From: Eledone cirrhosa
Lineage: Eukaryota
Direction of reading: 5' to 3'
Assembly (NCBI GenBank): GCA_964016885.1
Contig: OZ024743.1
Location: 359,972,001 to 360,036,000, forward strand
DNA length: 64,000 nt
Shown one piece after another: positions 41,043 through 54,089 of this stretch. The number at the start of each line of letters is the position of its first letter. The first letter of the stretch is position 1. The translations under genes and the position numbers were made by a program. The notes under the pieces are model-generated. The model did no database searches. It was not told the DNA's origin and was given only the letters and a program-made list of their open reading frames with translations.

Positions 41043-42034
41043 TATCGCTATATATATATACAAATACTTATATCTATATGTATACAGGTATGTCGGAGAG
41101 AATAACTTAATATACGTTGAAACAATGAAGTAAAAAATCAAGTCATTAGAGAAATACTTCACTGCTTTACGATCGTTTCTAGGTGATGATAATATATTGT
41201 AGCTAAACTCTGTTATTGATCTATGTAAGGTTAGTTACAAAATATCAGATAAAGAAAATATTTACTTACATGCTTATCACCAGCTGTTTTCAAAAGCAAA
41301 AATAATTTTATTCAGAATTAGTAGTATGTTAGTATCATGTCCTTATGTGGAGGTCGTTGAAGAACGAACCAATCAAATTGTCTGTTTCATATGGTGTTAA
41401 GATGAAAAGTAATACACTTTAGTTGAGGTCATGATCCTTTGAAAGGAATGGTTGAATGGTGTTAATTGTAGAATTGGCATAAAATTCTATTAGGAGGAAA
41501 GCGATTGTCAAACTGATAGTTGAATGTATCTGGTATAGTGAAGTTTAAAAGGAATGTAAAAATAAATGGTGATTAGTGTTGTATGGAATTTTTAGGGGAA
41601 TATAAATTAAGGTTATTGCTAGGAAAGATAGTATATTAAAAGATGAAAATTATAATATAATAAGGAAATACAGTAATGCGATAATATACAACATAACCAA
41701 CACAATACGTGGTAAATTGCACTTAGTATAATAGAGCATATGATACGGTCTAAATACTATCATGTATGTTTATGTATAAATAATCAAACTCAGATAAATA
41801 CATGTTGGCATAGTTAAAACACATAAATTTCATAGATTACAAAGTGCATATATCCACACTATATATAGAGAGGTACAGTTATATTGATATCCAACCAAAA
41901 ATATACATACGCACACATAGATACAAACCTAAATACACATTTACACATGTGCACATAATCATATACACACATATCCATACATGCCTTTATCTACACATAC
42001 ACACCTATACCCACATATATACATATATATACTC

Positions 42035-42083
<49 letters not shown>

Positions 42084-42221
42084 GGTTAAACAAGATTCAA
42101 TGAGTATATCAAAGAATGAGTTTTACAGTAGATTGGAAGCACTCTATGGAAAATAATTTTCCAGAGTTATTAATATTAAAATACAAATATTAATAAAATA
42201 GATGTTCTTTTGATCAATTAC

Positions 42222-42275
42222 ATTTTATTATACATATTTCGGATGTACAACAGTACGTCCTCACCAGACAAAATA
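42222..42275 (-). ncRNA. Degenerate minimal hammerhead ribozyme
   Basis: Minus strand: ATTTTGT-CTGGTGA-GGACGTAC(TGTT)GTACATCC-GAAA-T-ATGT-A-TA-ATAAAAT; core A6 replaced by G. Confidence 0.7.
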
Positions 42276-42762
42276 TAATGATACATTACATACCCTGAGG
42301 TGTTAAATGGTTAAGATTTAATCAAGGTAGTGATTAACCTAAGAGAAAGTTTAACATTTATACCCTAATAATGAGAAAATGCGAAAACGTAATAAATTCA
42401 ATAGAGAATGTGTGAGTAGGAAAAACGTTGCTTAATGTAACAGTTATAGAGATTTTAAAATGTATGACACTACAATTTATCTGGGAAAACAGTAAATGAG
42501 AGCAGCCGCTGGGATATGATATATAGAGAGGGAGGATAAGTGGTAATATATGTAGAAGGATATTTTCCGAAAGTTAAACGGTTAAGTTTGAAAATATTTA
42601 ATTTATGCTATTTTAGGGTGAAGAATCAAGATTTTAAGATTTTTTTTTAAATTGCTGGTTTTTTATATTTATTAGTTTTGTAAATTCTATAAGTGTTTTA
42701 ACATTTCTAAACCTCCGAATGTTATGAGGATAACTTTTAAAGGATTTAGCTGGCCAGCGGAA

Positions 42763-42884
42763 AGGAAAGTTTACACTGTCTAATATTTTCCTAAATGTAA
42801 ACTTTACCGAAGATAATCATTGTCAACATATATGGCATGTAATTCTTATGAAGTACTTATTGTTAGAAATATTTAAATAACTAT

Positions 42885-42949
<65 letters not shown>

Positions 42950-43590
42950 GAGCCATATATATATATATATTAATATATATATATATATATATATTAATGA
43001 GCAGGTAAATGATAACGAAAATAAAAATAAAATAATAGATTGAGGCATGCTAAAGTTAAATATATACCTATAAATAACAGGGTGTAAATGCATTGATTAT
43101 TCATAGTTCGAAATAAATGATACTCAATAAATTTAGAAGTTAACTAAAACTTATGTATAGAAAGATACATGGAGGTTTATAAGGATATAAATTAGGTATT
43201 ATTGATATAAATTAGGTATTATTGATACAGTATACTTTAGGTAAATGATAACGGTTATAATTTTATATAATAAAGTTCGAACGTGTTATAGTTAAATACA
43301 TATATATAAGAAAAGCAAGGAAAGTTTACACTGTTGAATATTTTCCTAAATGTAAACTTTACCGAAGATAATCATTGTAAACATATATGGTATGCAAATC
43401 TTATGAAGTGCTTATTGTTAGAAATATTTAAATAACGATTATGTATATAGATATTTATTAATGAGCCAGTATATTTTAGGTAAATGATAATGAAAAAAAT
43501 ATAATAGATTGAGGCTTGTTAAAGTTAAATATATACTTATACATAACGGGATGTAATTGCATTAATTATTCATAGTTCGAAATAAATAAT
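42763..43590. repeat. Direct duplication within the PLE 3' region (42763-43120 and 43318-43590)
   Basis: GGAAAGTTTACACTGT...CATAGTTCGAAATAAAT occurs twice; the left copy has expanded TA runs. Confidence 0.9.
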
Positions 43591-44299
43591 AATCAAAAAC
43601 ACATGAAAGATTCACAGTTAGAAATAAGTTCCATAAAAATGTATGGGTTGGATATTAAACTTAAATTTAAAACTTAGATAGGAAGATAAAGATAGAGAAA
43701 TAAAGAAATAATGGTATGGATCAAAGTTAATAATAATAATATTATGTTATGTATATCAATGTTCCGGCATGTTATTGAACAATTGTCTTTAATTCGAGCG
43801 TTATTTCTTCTATAGATAGTTATAAGATAATGCAATATTAAAGGCCATTAATGTTTTTCCCTGTTGATTATATACGTCTGATAACCAAGTTTTTAATGGT
43901 TAAGTGCTTCTCTCTCTTTTTTCTCGTTTTTCTCGTTTTGTGGGAGGTTTTGTGGACGTAGCTAATGGAGGCAACTAGAGAATAATTCACTTTTTTTGTT
44001 AATTAGGGTCTCATAGTTATTAATAATCAACAGGGTCTCCATTGTACAGAGTGCGCAGTTATTTGATATACTGGAGTTGTGGTAAACTCCACAGTTCCGA
44101 AGTTTAGTCCAAAGAATGGAGTATTTTAAATTCCTCTCTTTTAATGACCATATGAGCTGTGATAAAGACGTAGATGATTTCCTCTTGGAGTTCAAGTAAG
44201 AGCATTTATGGTTCGTAAATATGGCTTTAAATGTAGAAGTCGATCCTATGTAGTTGTATGTGTTGTGATCAGTCTTTACGGTGCATTACGTCACTTCCC

Positions 44300-44759
44300 C
44301 GAGGATGTCTCTGTGTGTGTGTGTGTGTGGTGTTTCTGTAAGTTTAAATCCCTAAAACTCGACAAGTACCCAACCGACTTTTTTCCTAACTTTACCAGTG
44401 TATTACTAATGTTTCAGGGAGTGTTATGCACATAAAATTTCAACTTTGTTATAGCCTAGGGCCCGCATTAGGTGAAAAACTTCATTTTTTCAGCTTTTTA
44501 GGGCCTTTTGGAGGCGTTACTTCTAGCAGATTTTTCCCGAAATTTCAAGTCATATTATGCACATAAAAAAAATTATATTCTTGATCCTCTAGGGAAAACC
44601 TGCATTTTCCTGCTTCATCGAGGAAAATCTTAAAGATTATCCAGCCGTCAGAGTATTCAGTTTATTTTCTTTACATATTGTCCAGGCATGCAGTTTTTCC
44701 ACAATTAGGTCCGCGTTCCAAAATGGCTTATCCCGTGCAACGCCGTGTACCACTGCTAG
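44300..44759 (+). mobile_element. Non-autonomous Helitron-like element
   Basis: 3' end CCCGTGCAACGCCGTG (degenerate hairpin), ~8 nt, then CTAG followed by T; GT microsatellite near the 5' end. Confidence 0.65.
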
Positions 44760-45013
44760 TATATATATATAAATATATATATACGAGTGCAAGGTTAGTC
44801 AAATCGAAGTTGTGGCAGTCGGCCAACTTCTGCGAAAGTACAATTCAGAGTGTTCCCGAAGCACCCAGAAAGAATGTATCGATAATTCAATAGGTTACAC
44901 CGTAGAGTAATAAACATACATACATACATTCATACACACACATACACACACACACACATATATATATGCATATATATATATATATATATATATAGGTATA
45001 TATATATACATAT

Positions 45014-45104
<91 letters not shown>

Positions 45105-45142
45105 TATATATAAGATCAAAAGATGGTTAAAAGAGTTCCATG

Positions 45143-45213
45143 TATTTTATTATGCGCATTTCAAAAACAAATATCATCATGCGATGACATTTGCGTTTTC
45201 GTCAGATAAAATA
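45143..45213 (-). ncRNA. Minimal type I hammerhead ribozyme (inverted pLTR copy)
   Basis: Reverse complement of 49134-49204. Confidence 0.85.
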
Positions 45214-45579
45214 GGGAGACATGATATGAAGGTTAAAAAACACTTGTGAATAGTGCAGTTTTAAATCAACATATGAAAAGTAGTTTAAGATTGATCTGTG
45301 ATATTGGGAAACAAATGAGGGGGGTTGGAAAGGATGAAAAGGAGGAGGAGATGAGAGTAAAGAATGGAGGGGGAGGAGTATAATAAGGAAGGATCAGATA
45401 GGAGGAGAGATGGGTGATAGAGAGAGAGAGAGATAGCTTTTATAACTGAGAAAAATATATTGTTTTACAGAGAGAGGTTAAAAAACCGTTGGAAGATAAT
45501 ATATAAATTAAAAGAATTTGAAAATTAACGAAGAGAAAAAATTAAGAATAATGTTAAATTAAGGTTTTTCTTCTACAAC

Positions 45580-47969
45580 ATGGATTATTACAACATAACC
45601 ACTTCAACTAAAGACATTCCTATACCTGGTAAATCTGAATTCACCAAACTTCTTATTGAAAAACTGACTCCTTTATGAGAAGGCTTAGATGGATAGCTTT
45701 TTTCTATGACCAGCGCCTAAAAGGGAACTTCTATACCAAGGAAACATAACTTTCTCGATCATTTATTTAATTCTAGAAGAAATCCTCCTTCCAACAAAAA
45801 TCTAGTGCAATTCGAGCAGGAATTAACTAACATTATAAAAAATCTTAAATTCAAGAGAAACCCTTACAGAGGACAAGAGCAACTTGTAAATCTCAAGAAT
45901 ACGATTTTAAACCTAAATTCCTCAAAAAATATTTTAGTCCACTCCGACAAAACAAATAATTTATATGGTATATCTAAGGATAACTATAACAACCTTATCC
46001 TTAAAGAACTTAGGAAGAAATATCGCAAAACCCACCATGATAATTTAGAATCCATAAACTTTGAAGCTTCTGAGATTATGTCAAAACTTGGCATCGAAAA
46101 AAAAGACCGAACCATTCCTCCCAAGAACTCCGAGGATAAATCTCAAGGATCACAAAAACAACTTTCGTACTGATCTACCTGTTAGACTAATTGCCCCCTC
46201 TAAATCAGATCTGGGGGTTGTTAGCAAAGCCATCTTGGATAGAATTGTCCCACAGGTTCGTTCTAATTGCTCTACTTCTAACTTAAATTTATGGTTTGGT
46301 ACTTCTGAAGTGATTGGCTGGTTCAACAAATTGAATAAGAAAAACAAACAAAAATGTATTCAATTTGATATTGCCTGCTACTATTCTTCTATTTCGCCCT
46401 CACTTCTCAACAATGCTCTATCTTTCGCTTACAAATATTCAGACATCACCACAGATGAACTTCACATCATTCTCACCGTACGAAAAACCATCTTAGAGTT
46501 CAACAATGAATATTGGACCAGACCTGATACATCTAACAACTTTGACATTACAATGGGTGCATCCGATTTATCCCAATTGACAGATTTATTGGTATCTTTA
46601 TTTTGAACTCTTTGAATCGGAAAATTCCTCAACTTCGCGGTGGAATTTATCGGGACGATGGACTTTTTACTATCTTAAATTGCAACAAAGTTAACCTTAA
46701 TATTATTAAGAACAATATACGTGATCTCTTTAATCAACATAACTTAAAAATTGAATTTGATAACCACATCAAACTAGCTAACTTCTTGGATATATCTCTT
46801 AATCTTGACACTGGCCTTTAAATAAAAACAATGAGAATCTAAATTATGTTAATTTTAAATCTAACCACCCCATTAACATTAAAAATGCTATAGTTAGTAA
46901 TATTGGAAAAATAATATCCAACCTATCATCTAATAAAAACATCTTCGATGCTAACGCCAATTACTATAATAACGCGCTTTCTAAAGCCGGTTATCCTGAT
47001 AATATCAAATACAGTAAAGAAACCAATCCTAGAAGATCTTACAGTAAAATAATTAATCATGATCATTCCAATAACTTTAATAAAAGACCTAAATACACAA
47101 ATATAATCTGGTATAATGCTCCTTTCTCCATCTCTATTAATAATAATATTCCTAAATTATTCTTTAGTGACTTAAATAAATGCTTCCCTCCCTCACATAT
47201 CTATAGTAAAATATTTAACAAACATACTATACAATTTTCCTATTCGATCTCCTTCAACATCTCCAACATTATCTCTAAACACAACAATAAAATATTAAAT
47301 ACTAAATCTCTTCCTTCCAACACTGAATATCATAATAATAGTAATAGTACTCCCGACGTCATCGTTAATTTTAAGCTAATTTCTGCAAACCCAAATACGA
47401 CGTCAAACGCAACTTCGTTAAATGTTCTTAATCCCAATCTAAATCAAGAAACTATTATTCCTATCGTAAATAACTTCTCCAATCCAATTCCTCCTATAGA
47501 TAACACTAGATCACTTGTTAATAACTCTGTTAATTTCTCTAATCGCAATTGTAATTGCCCTGTTAAAAATAAATGTCCTCTCAACAACCATTGTCTTGAA
47601 AAAAACATAATCTATGAATGTAAAGTTATAACTGACACCAATTCCTTTACCTATTTTGGCCTCACTTCCACCTCCTTTAAAGCTCGTCTTTATAATCATC
47701 ATTCGTCTTTTAAATACAAACTTAAAAGAACCAACACGGCACGCTCAGAACTCATATGGTCCTTGAAAGGCAAAAATTATTAACTATAACATCTCTTGGA
47801 GGAAAGTTTGTACTGCCTCTCCATACTTGAATGCCTTTCTATCCAAAACATGTAATCTATGTTTATGTGAGAAATTTACCATTATATCTAATTTAGATTC
47901 TATAATAATATAATATTTTCTCTCTGCTTGCATAAATTCCACAGAACATTCCATAAAGTATACAGCTAA
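45580..47969 (+). pseudogene. PLE polyprotein (RT + C-terminal GIY-YIG), frameshifted
   Basis: MDYYNITTSTKDIPIP, HSDKTNNLY, RLIAPSKSDLG, QFDIACYYSSI, DITMGASD, GIYRDDGL, NFLDISLNL, WYNAPFS, CNCPVKNKCP, IIYECKV..TYFGLT..FKARLYNH, CNLCLCE. Confidence 0.9.
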
Positions 47970-49133
47970 TATCTAATACTTTACCAATTTAAAATCCTTT
48001 TCCTCAAAGGCATATATATATATTTCTTTAAAAATATACCCAACTTTCTACCTTATTTCAATGTTATTTATTATACATTATATAATACTAGTTACTCATT
48101 CTATATCATTCCTATTTATCACTTCCCTTTCTTCCTTTTTTACTTTTTTCGTTTAATTTCTAACCTCTAATCTGTACATTTTCTTCCTAGATACTTCTCA
48201 ATTCTCATTATATACCACGCATTATATACCACAATATATCCACTCTTCCTTCTTCCATCCTATTACTGGCCATAAAACATACTATTACCCTTTTAAATAC
48301 TTTATTGTATCACCTTTAAAAATCCTTCGTAAACGTAAATATTTTTTTTGACGTTAGATTATTGATCCTCAATTGATTATTTTTTTCTTCCTTTCATGCT
48401 CGTCTAACTTTTATATATTACACATCACAATACACAAAAACAAACTAAAACCCTAACCAATCCCCTTTATTACATTATATTATTACCATTAGGAAATACT
48501 TCATAAACATACATATTCTGATGTTAAGGTCTTCTCCTTAAACACTATCTCCTTCTTTGCTTTCTGCGCTCATTTGTAAACAAACTATTTACATATATTA
48601 CACATACATATTACATTACATAATCACAAACTTAAACACAAACTAATTCCTCTAAATTCATAATTCATCCACTCTTCTACTTCTTTTCACATTATATCCT
48701 TAATAATATTACTATTTTTATTTTAATAATACATATCAACAATTTCTTTTCATCGCACATATTATTAAACCCTTCAATATACAAACCTTAATTTAACATG
48801 ATTCTTAATTTTTTTTCTCTTCGTTAATTTTCAAATTCTTTTAATTTATATATTATTTTCCAACGGTTTTTTAACCTCTCTCTGTAAAACAATATATTTT
48901 TCTCAGTTATAAAAGCTATCTCTCTCTCTATATATCACCCATCTCTCCTCCTATCTCATCCTTCCTTATTATACTCCTCCCTCTCCATTCTTTACTCTCA
49001 TCTCCTCCTCTTTTTCACCCCCCCCCCCTCATTTTTTTCCCAATATCACACATCAATCTTAAACTACTTTTCATATGTTGATTTAAAACTGCACTATTCA
49101 CAAGTGTTTTTTAACCTTCATATCATGTCTCCC

Positions 49134-49204
49134 TATTTTATCTGACGAAAACGCAAATGTCATCGCATGATGATATTTGTTTTTGAAATGCGCATAATAA
49201 AATA
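49134..49204 (+). ncRNA. Minimal type I hammerhead ribozyme in the 3' pLTR
   Basis: TATTTTAT-CTGACGA-[long stem II ..CAAATGTCATC GCAT GATGATATTTG..]-GAAA-T-GCGC-A-TA/ATAAAATA: intact core, 8-bp stem I, palindromic loop. Confidence 0.88.
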
Positions 49205-49244
49205 CATGGAACTCTTTTAACCATCTTTTGATCTTATATTATAT

Positions 49245-49488
<244 letters not shown>

Positions 49489-51245
49489 CACGCAGGAAAC
49501 CCATGGACAAATGGCCAAGGAAAGAAATGGTCAATTCTTGTCCCAGAGAGCATATTTAGTTCATACTAGATTTCTTACACATAACATTTTTGCGAGACTT
49601 TAGGCTTCGGGGTCCAATTATTGTCACCACTCTATAGTGGAGAAGACATTCTAAAACTTGCTTTTCTTGTCAGGCGCAAGTCCAATTTAAAGGAAATGTT
49701 ACTTACGAAAAGTTTTCACAGTTCCTGAGAACTACACTCAAATGGAAGGAGTGTAACCCCCACCCAACCCCCCAATGTGCATTGTAATATTACTTTATTA
49801 GTTGTATAGAGAGGTGCATGCAATTTGTTTGAATCGATGAGTATGTATAATTTGCATGAAATTGTGTTGCTAGTTGATTTTTTTACCTTAAAATAATCCT
49901 TTACAATGAGAATAAACTTATATATCATAAACTGTTAGTCTTTAAAATACGAAGGGAGATAATTCCCCTTGCAAAAGTTTGGAGGAATGGATAACATTTT
50001 AACGAATATCTGTATATGAATTTTATATAGGCAGGTGTGAATAGAAACGTATGTGTTACTTAATGTGAAATGTAATTTTGTAGGACTTAAACCTATTTTT
50101 AAAATCCTTTCTAAAAGTTAAAACACGAACACTCATAAATACGATGGTGATATGGTGTATATCTTTTGTGTTTGTGTATGCTTTAGGATCTGTTATGTGT
50201 GCATTTGTCTGTGTGTATGGATGGCAGAATGTATGGGGCATGGAGGAGTTAGCAGGTGCGATGAGCAGGCATTTTTGGGTGTGGGTTCCAGTTGGACAGG
50301 CGATGGATTTTAAGATCCAATCAATGTCTATAGACTTTAGTTTCTGAGATTAGATACTTGTTTGTAGAGTACAATCCTTACAAAACTCTACATTTTTTAC
50401 TGGGTAGTGAAATATGGCAGACATAGTCACTTCATAGGAACAAATGTTTCCAACGTGTGTTGCCAATCTACATTAATGTTAAGGTGTTTGCATAGGTAAA
50501 TAGCATACATATATATCCACGTAATCTCATTTTAAAGACGATACATGAAATAAAAGTATTGTTTCGAATGAATATATTTTTCTAGAATCAAGACCAGCAC
50601 CATTTATAAAATCAATACTGTGAGAAGGCAGAAATGTTGCTGACGATTATAATATATACTTTCTGCTATCCACACAGTGTTACGGTTGATTTAACCTTTT
50701 TCTCGTGAATTATAAAGAACCCAAAGTAATGAAAGGTGTTGTGCTTAATTCAGTTCCATTGCTTTTCATAATGGAACAAAATTCCACCGGAAAATGTTAG
50801 AATATTGCATGTAGAATAGGGAAAGTCAAAATTTCCCCGTATCGACGAAACACACTCCTCCGTCAACATTATCATCACTAGGTTCAGCATTTATCTATCC
50901 ACTTTAAGAGAAAAACCTTCTTAAACAGGTGCCCATTGTTACTGTCTTGTGTTCTCATCCGTATAATATCCATAAGCATATTGATCTAATTTTTCTATCT
51001 CATCTGCCTTATTCGACGACGTGAACCAATACATCACAGTCACCTTTCTGAAAACAGGTTGCCTCACACCGATATCGAATTTATTTTTACTTTCAGAATA
51101 TATTTTATTGTGACTTATAGTTATTTGCTCTCTTATCCATTGCCAGGTTTATACTTCTCCTTTAATCAGTGCAAAAATGAAACTTAACATACATGATTTT
51201 ATTGTTAATATTCTATTTGTAATCATCGATTATCTCACTCTCTTT

Positions 51246-51247
<2 letters not shown>

Positions 51248-51323
<76 letters not shown>
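51248..51323. repeat. (CTA)n trinucleotide repeat
   Basis: Direct inspection. Confidence 0.95.
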
Positions 51324-51437
51324 GCGGCTTGCGATAAAACCAACATATATGATGGTCATTTGCAGTATAAGCGGGCATCTGCCATCGAATAATCAACCCC
51401 AAACCAAAAGCAGTAAACTACAAGGTGAGATGGAGTA

Positions 51438-51662
51438 ATGGGTAACACCTTTAGCTCCAAAAAAAAACTATCACAGCCCAGTGACGTGGCTATGACGAAG
51501 CGAGTAAAGGCCGCCTCTAAAAAATCCCTAGTCTTCGCTGGATTGGTGACTGGCGCGAATAAGTCCACCGAAAATGCTACTGCAATATTGTGGAAGGAAC
51601 ATAAAAAAACCGTACAGCATCGTCCTTCACGCGGGTTAACATGGGATTTGTTCCGGCCTCAG
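51438..51662 (+). CDS. Possible host first coding exon with N-myristoylation and polybasic N-terminus
   Basis: GTAATGG start, MGNTFSSKKK, non-repetitive with more balanced GC than the flanks, candidate phase-0 donor CAG|GTAGTT at 51662/51663. No homolog recognised. Confidence 0.3.
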
Positions 51663-52859
51663 GTAGTTAAAAAAATATATTGCAGTCTCCATTTCATGCC
51701 GCATTTACAAACGTCAGAATTGGAAATCATTTCATGGTAAGAAAATGAAATCGAGAATGGAATTTATTTCAATAAGTGCTAACATTGTTAATTAACCTCA
51801 TCAATTAATTCAGGTAGGATATATCAGATAAGGTACATTCACTTTGCAAGATCAAATAAAGTATATATATCTAAGAAATCAAGAGGGAAAATATATATCA
51901 TCATTCCGAAACTAAACACAAACATTATTTAATGATATATACTTATTAATATTTCCTTACGGTTAATAAAAAGAAGCTATGATATGTTTGCGGACTTGGT
52001 AAGCTACTTCTGATTTTCGCTTGAAACTTTCATCCGTTCCAGTTTGACAGAGAATAGTTAATATCAAAACGATTATTTTCCCTTCAATATAGAAGCTGGC
52101 CTACCAATTCAAAGCAAAAAGAATCATCTAATGGCGAAAGTTAAAATAAATATTATTAGCGACCATAAATATTTTTCGCTGTATCTTTGACAGATTATCT
52201 ATTACTGTCGGTTAACCGAACAGAAATTACCATAATGCTTTAAACTGTTGATTCATATAATTGGATCCTCTCCTACAAAACGAAGAAAGCCAACTGATTA
52301 TTCCTGACACATATAATTGAATGTAAAGATTTACCAATCATGTTATGTGCATCTATTCCTACTTCTATGATATGTTTTTGTAACATTGCCTATCAATGTA
52401 CATGCTTTGAACTTCCTCCTACAATATTTTTATTCATCCGATAAATATATTACAATGGGAAAAATGAGTATATATTGAAATCTAGATTTGAAATTACTTT
52501 GACACCCTAGTTCGACAGAAGACTACAACGCTGCTAGACTGTTCTTATAAACCGTTGCTGCAAGATATTAAAACCCCATTTTGAAATATATCAGGATAAA
52601 TATTGATTGATAATTCGGTTACAAGCAAGTAAATTCTCAAAAATAGGACTGATGCTTTGGTCTTGAGGAAAATATCTACTTCAAAGACAGATGATTGTTA
52701 AAAAAAAAAAAAGTAATATAGGTTATGAACAAATAAAGGTCTTAGCTTCAATGCTTATTTTGCATATTTTCATTCAGAGTTCAACTACGAAGATTCCACA
52801 CACGTATCCTGAGGGGATTTTAAAACTGTGTTTGCACGTGATTTAGTGCACACACAGAA

Positions 52860-52903
52860 ACACACACACACAAATACACACACACCCACATACACACACG
52901 CGC

Positions 52904-53002
<99 letters not shown>

Positions 53003-53005
53003 CAT
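52860..53005. repeat. (CA)n microsatellite
   Basis: Direct inspection. Confidence 0.95.
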
Positions 53006-53044
53006 ATATATATAAATATTAATATATACATACATAGACACATG

Positions 53045-53303
53045 ATAAAGAGCCCATTTGGTCACGATTGATTAGAAAGTTCCCCTCTGAGGCACAAGTC
53101 CTGACAAGGTTGATTGTGGATGACGAGAAGTCAACCATGCATCGCAGTCTTCCGTCTCCACGACACCAAAGTTGTCCAAGGCACGTGAAATAAAATGTCT
53201 TGCTCAAGGACACAACGCAACATCTAGTCCGAAACTCGAACTCACATTCTGCCGACTGCAATCTTAACGCTGTAACGCTCGAAATATTAAGACATGTGCC
53301 TTC
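53045..53303 (-). mobile_element. Second tRNA-SINE family with CORE-like central block
   Basis: Minus strand: B-box GAGTTCGAGT followed by GTTGTGTCCTTGAGCAAGACATTTTATTTCAC. Confidence 0.65.
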
Positions 53304-54089
53304 ATATAAATATACGTATATGGTCGAGTGCTTTTTTACATTTTTCAATTTGAAAGAATAAAACATGCCAGCAGGTTCTTCAAAAATAATCAATGCTAGC
53401 TTAGCTCCTCTTCACTGTCACATGCAACTGAAAGTATAGCTTACTGCTGTAATGGCTAATTAACACCAAGTGAGTGGGTTCGTAGTTGACCTGTTCCGAA
53501 GAGGCTAGACTCTCGCTGATGAAGCTGCTCTCAGTCAATTACGTAATGCTTAATATAATTACCTAATTTCTGTGCCTATCACTTCAATATGGACTCTAGC
53601 CACCAGCTAGAGCAACAAAAATTAATGCATTAGTCCGGGGTCAGAAAATCAAATTCTCTACCCACACGAAATCGTTGTTCTCACAATTTAACGTATTAGT
53701 GTGCACTCTGCTTTCCTTTTGGTTTGTATCTTAATGATGCTGGCTTAATTAGAGCATTAAGTGAGTGAGAAAACGATCGAAGGTACATCGGTCATATATA
53801 TACATCTGGTGGAGAATGTTTCAGTTAGTGCATGCTTGAATACGCAGATTATTCAAGGTTGTAATGGCAGCGTAAAAAATGTTTCGTATTTATGTTTTTC
53901 TTATGGATTTTATTTATAGAATCGGTTTGTAGGAGTAATCACATAACACACGAACTATATTTGTGGCTACAGTGAACACTTCTTATCTATTCTCTCCCCG
54001 TTTTTTCTCATCTCACTCCCCCAGAAATATGCGGATACCTCAACAGTCGTATATACAAACACATTGAGGGAGTTGTATATATATATATA

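Larger units (their letters stand above)
42080..44288 (-). mobile_element. 5'-truncated Penelope-like element: GIY-YIG C-terminus, long 3' region and terminal pLTR
   Basis: In-frame CTVKTDHNTYNYIGSTSTFKAIFTNHKCSYLNSKRKSSTSLSQLIWSLK...CALCTME...SELFSSCLH; HHR-like motif at 42222-42275 on the same strand; ends in (TA)n. Confidence 0.8.
45108..49238 (+). mobile_element. Near full-length Penelope-like element with inverted terminal pLTRs, inserted in (TA)n
   Basis: ~460-bp inverted repeats (45108-45567 / 48783-49238) enclose an RT + GIY-YIG ORF; long TA runs on both sides. Confidence 0.92.

Noticed and set aside
51177-51392. Poly-Leu ORF resembling a signal peptide
   Set aside because: Produced by the (CTA)n repeat.
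53510-53545. CTGATGAAG as a hammerhead (likewise CTGATGAT at ~57967)
   Set aside because: No downstream GAAA-N-UH and no stem I.
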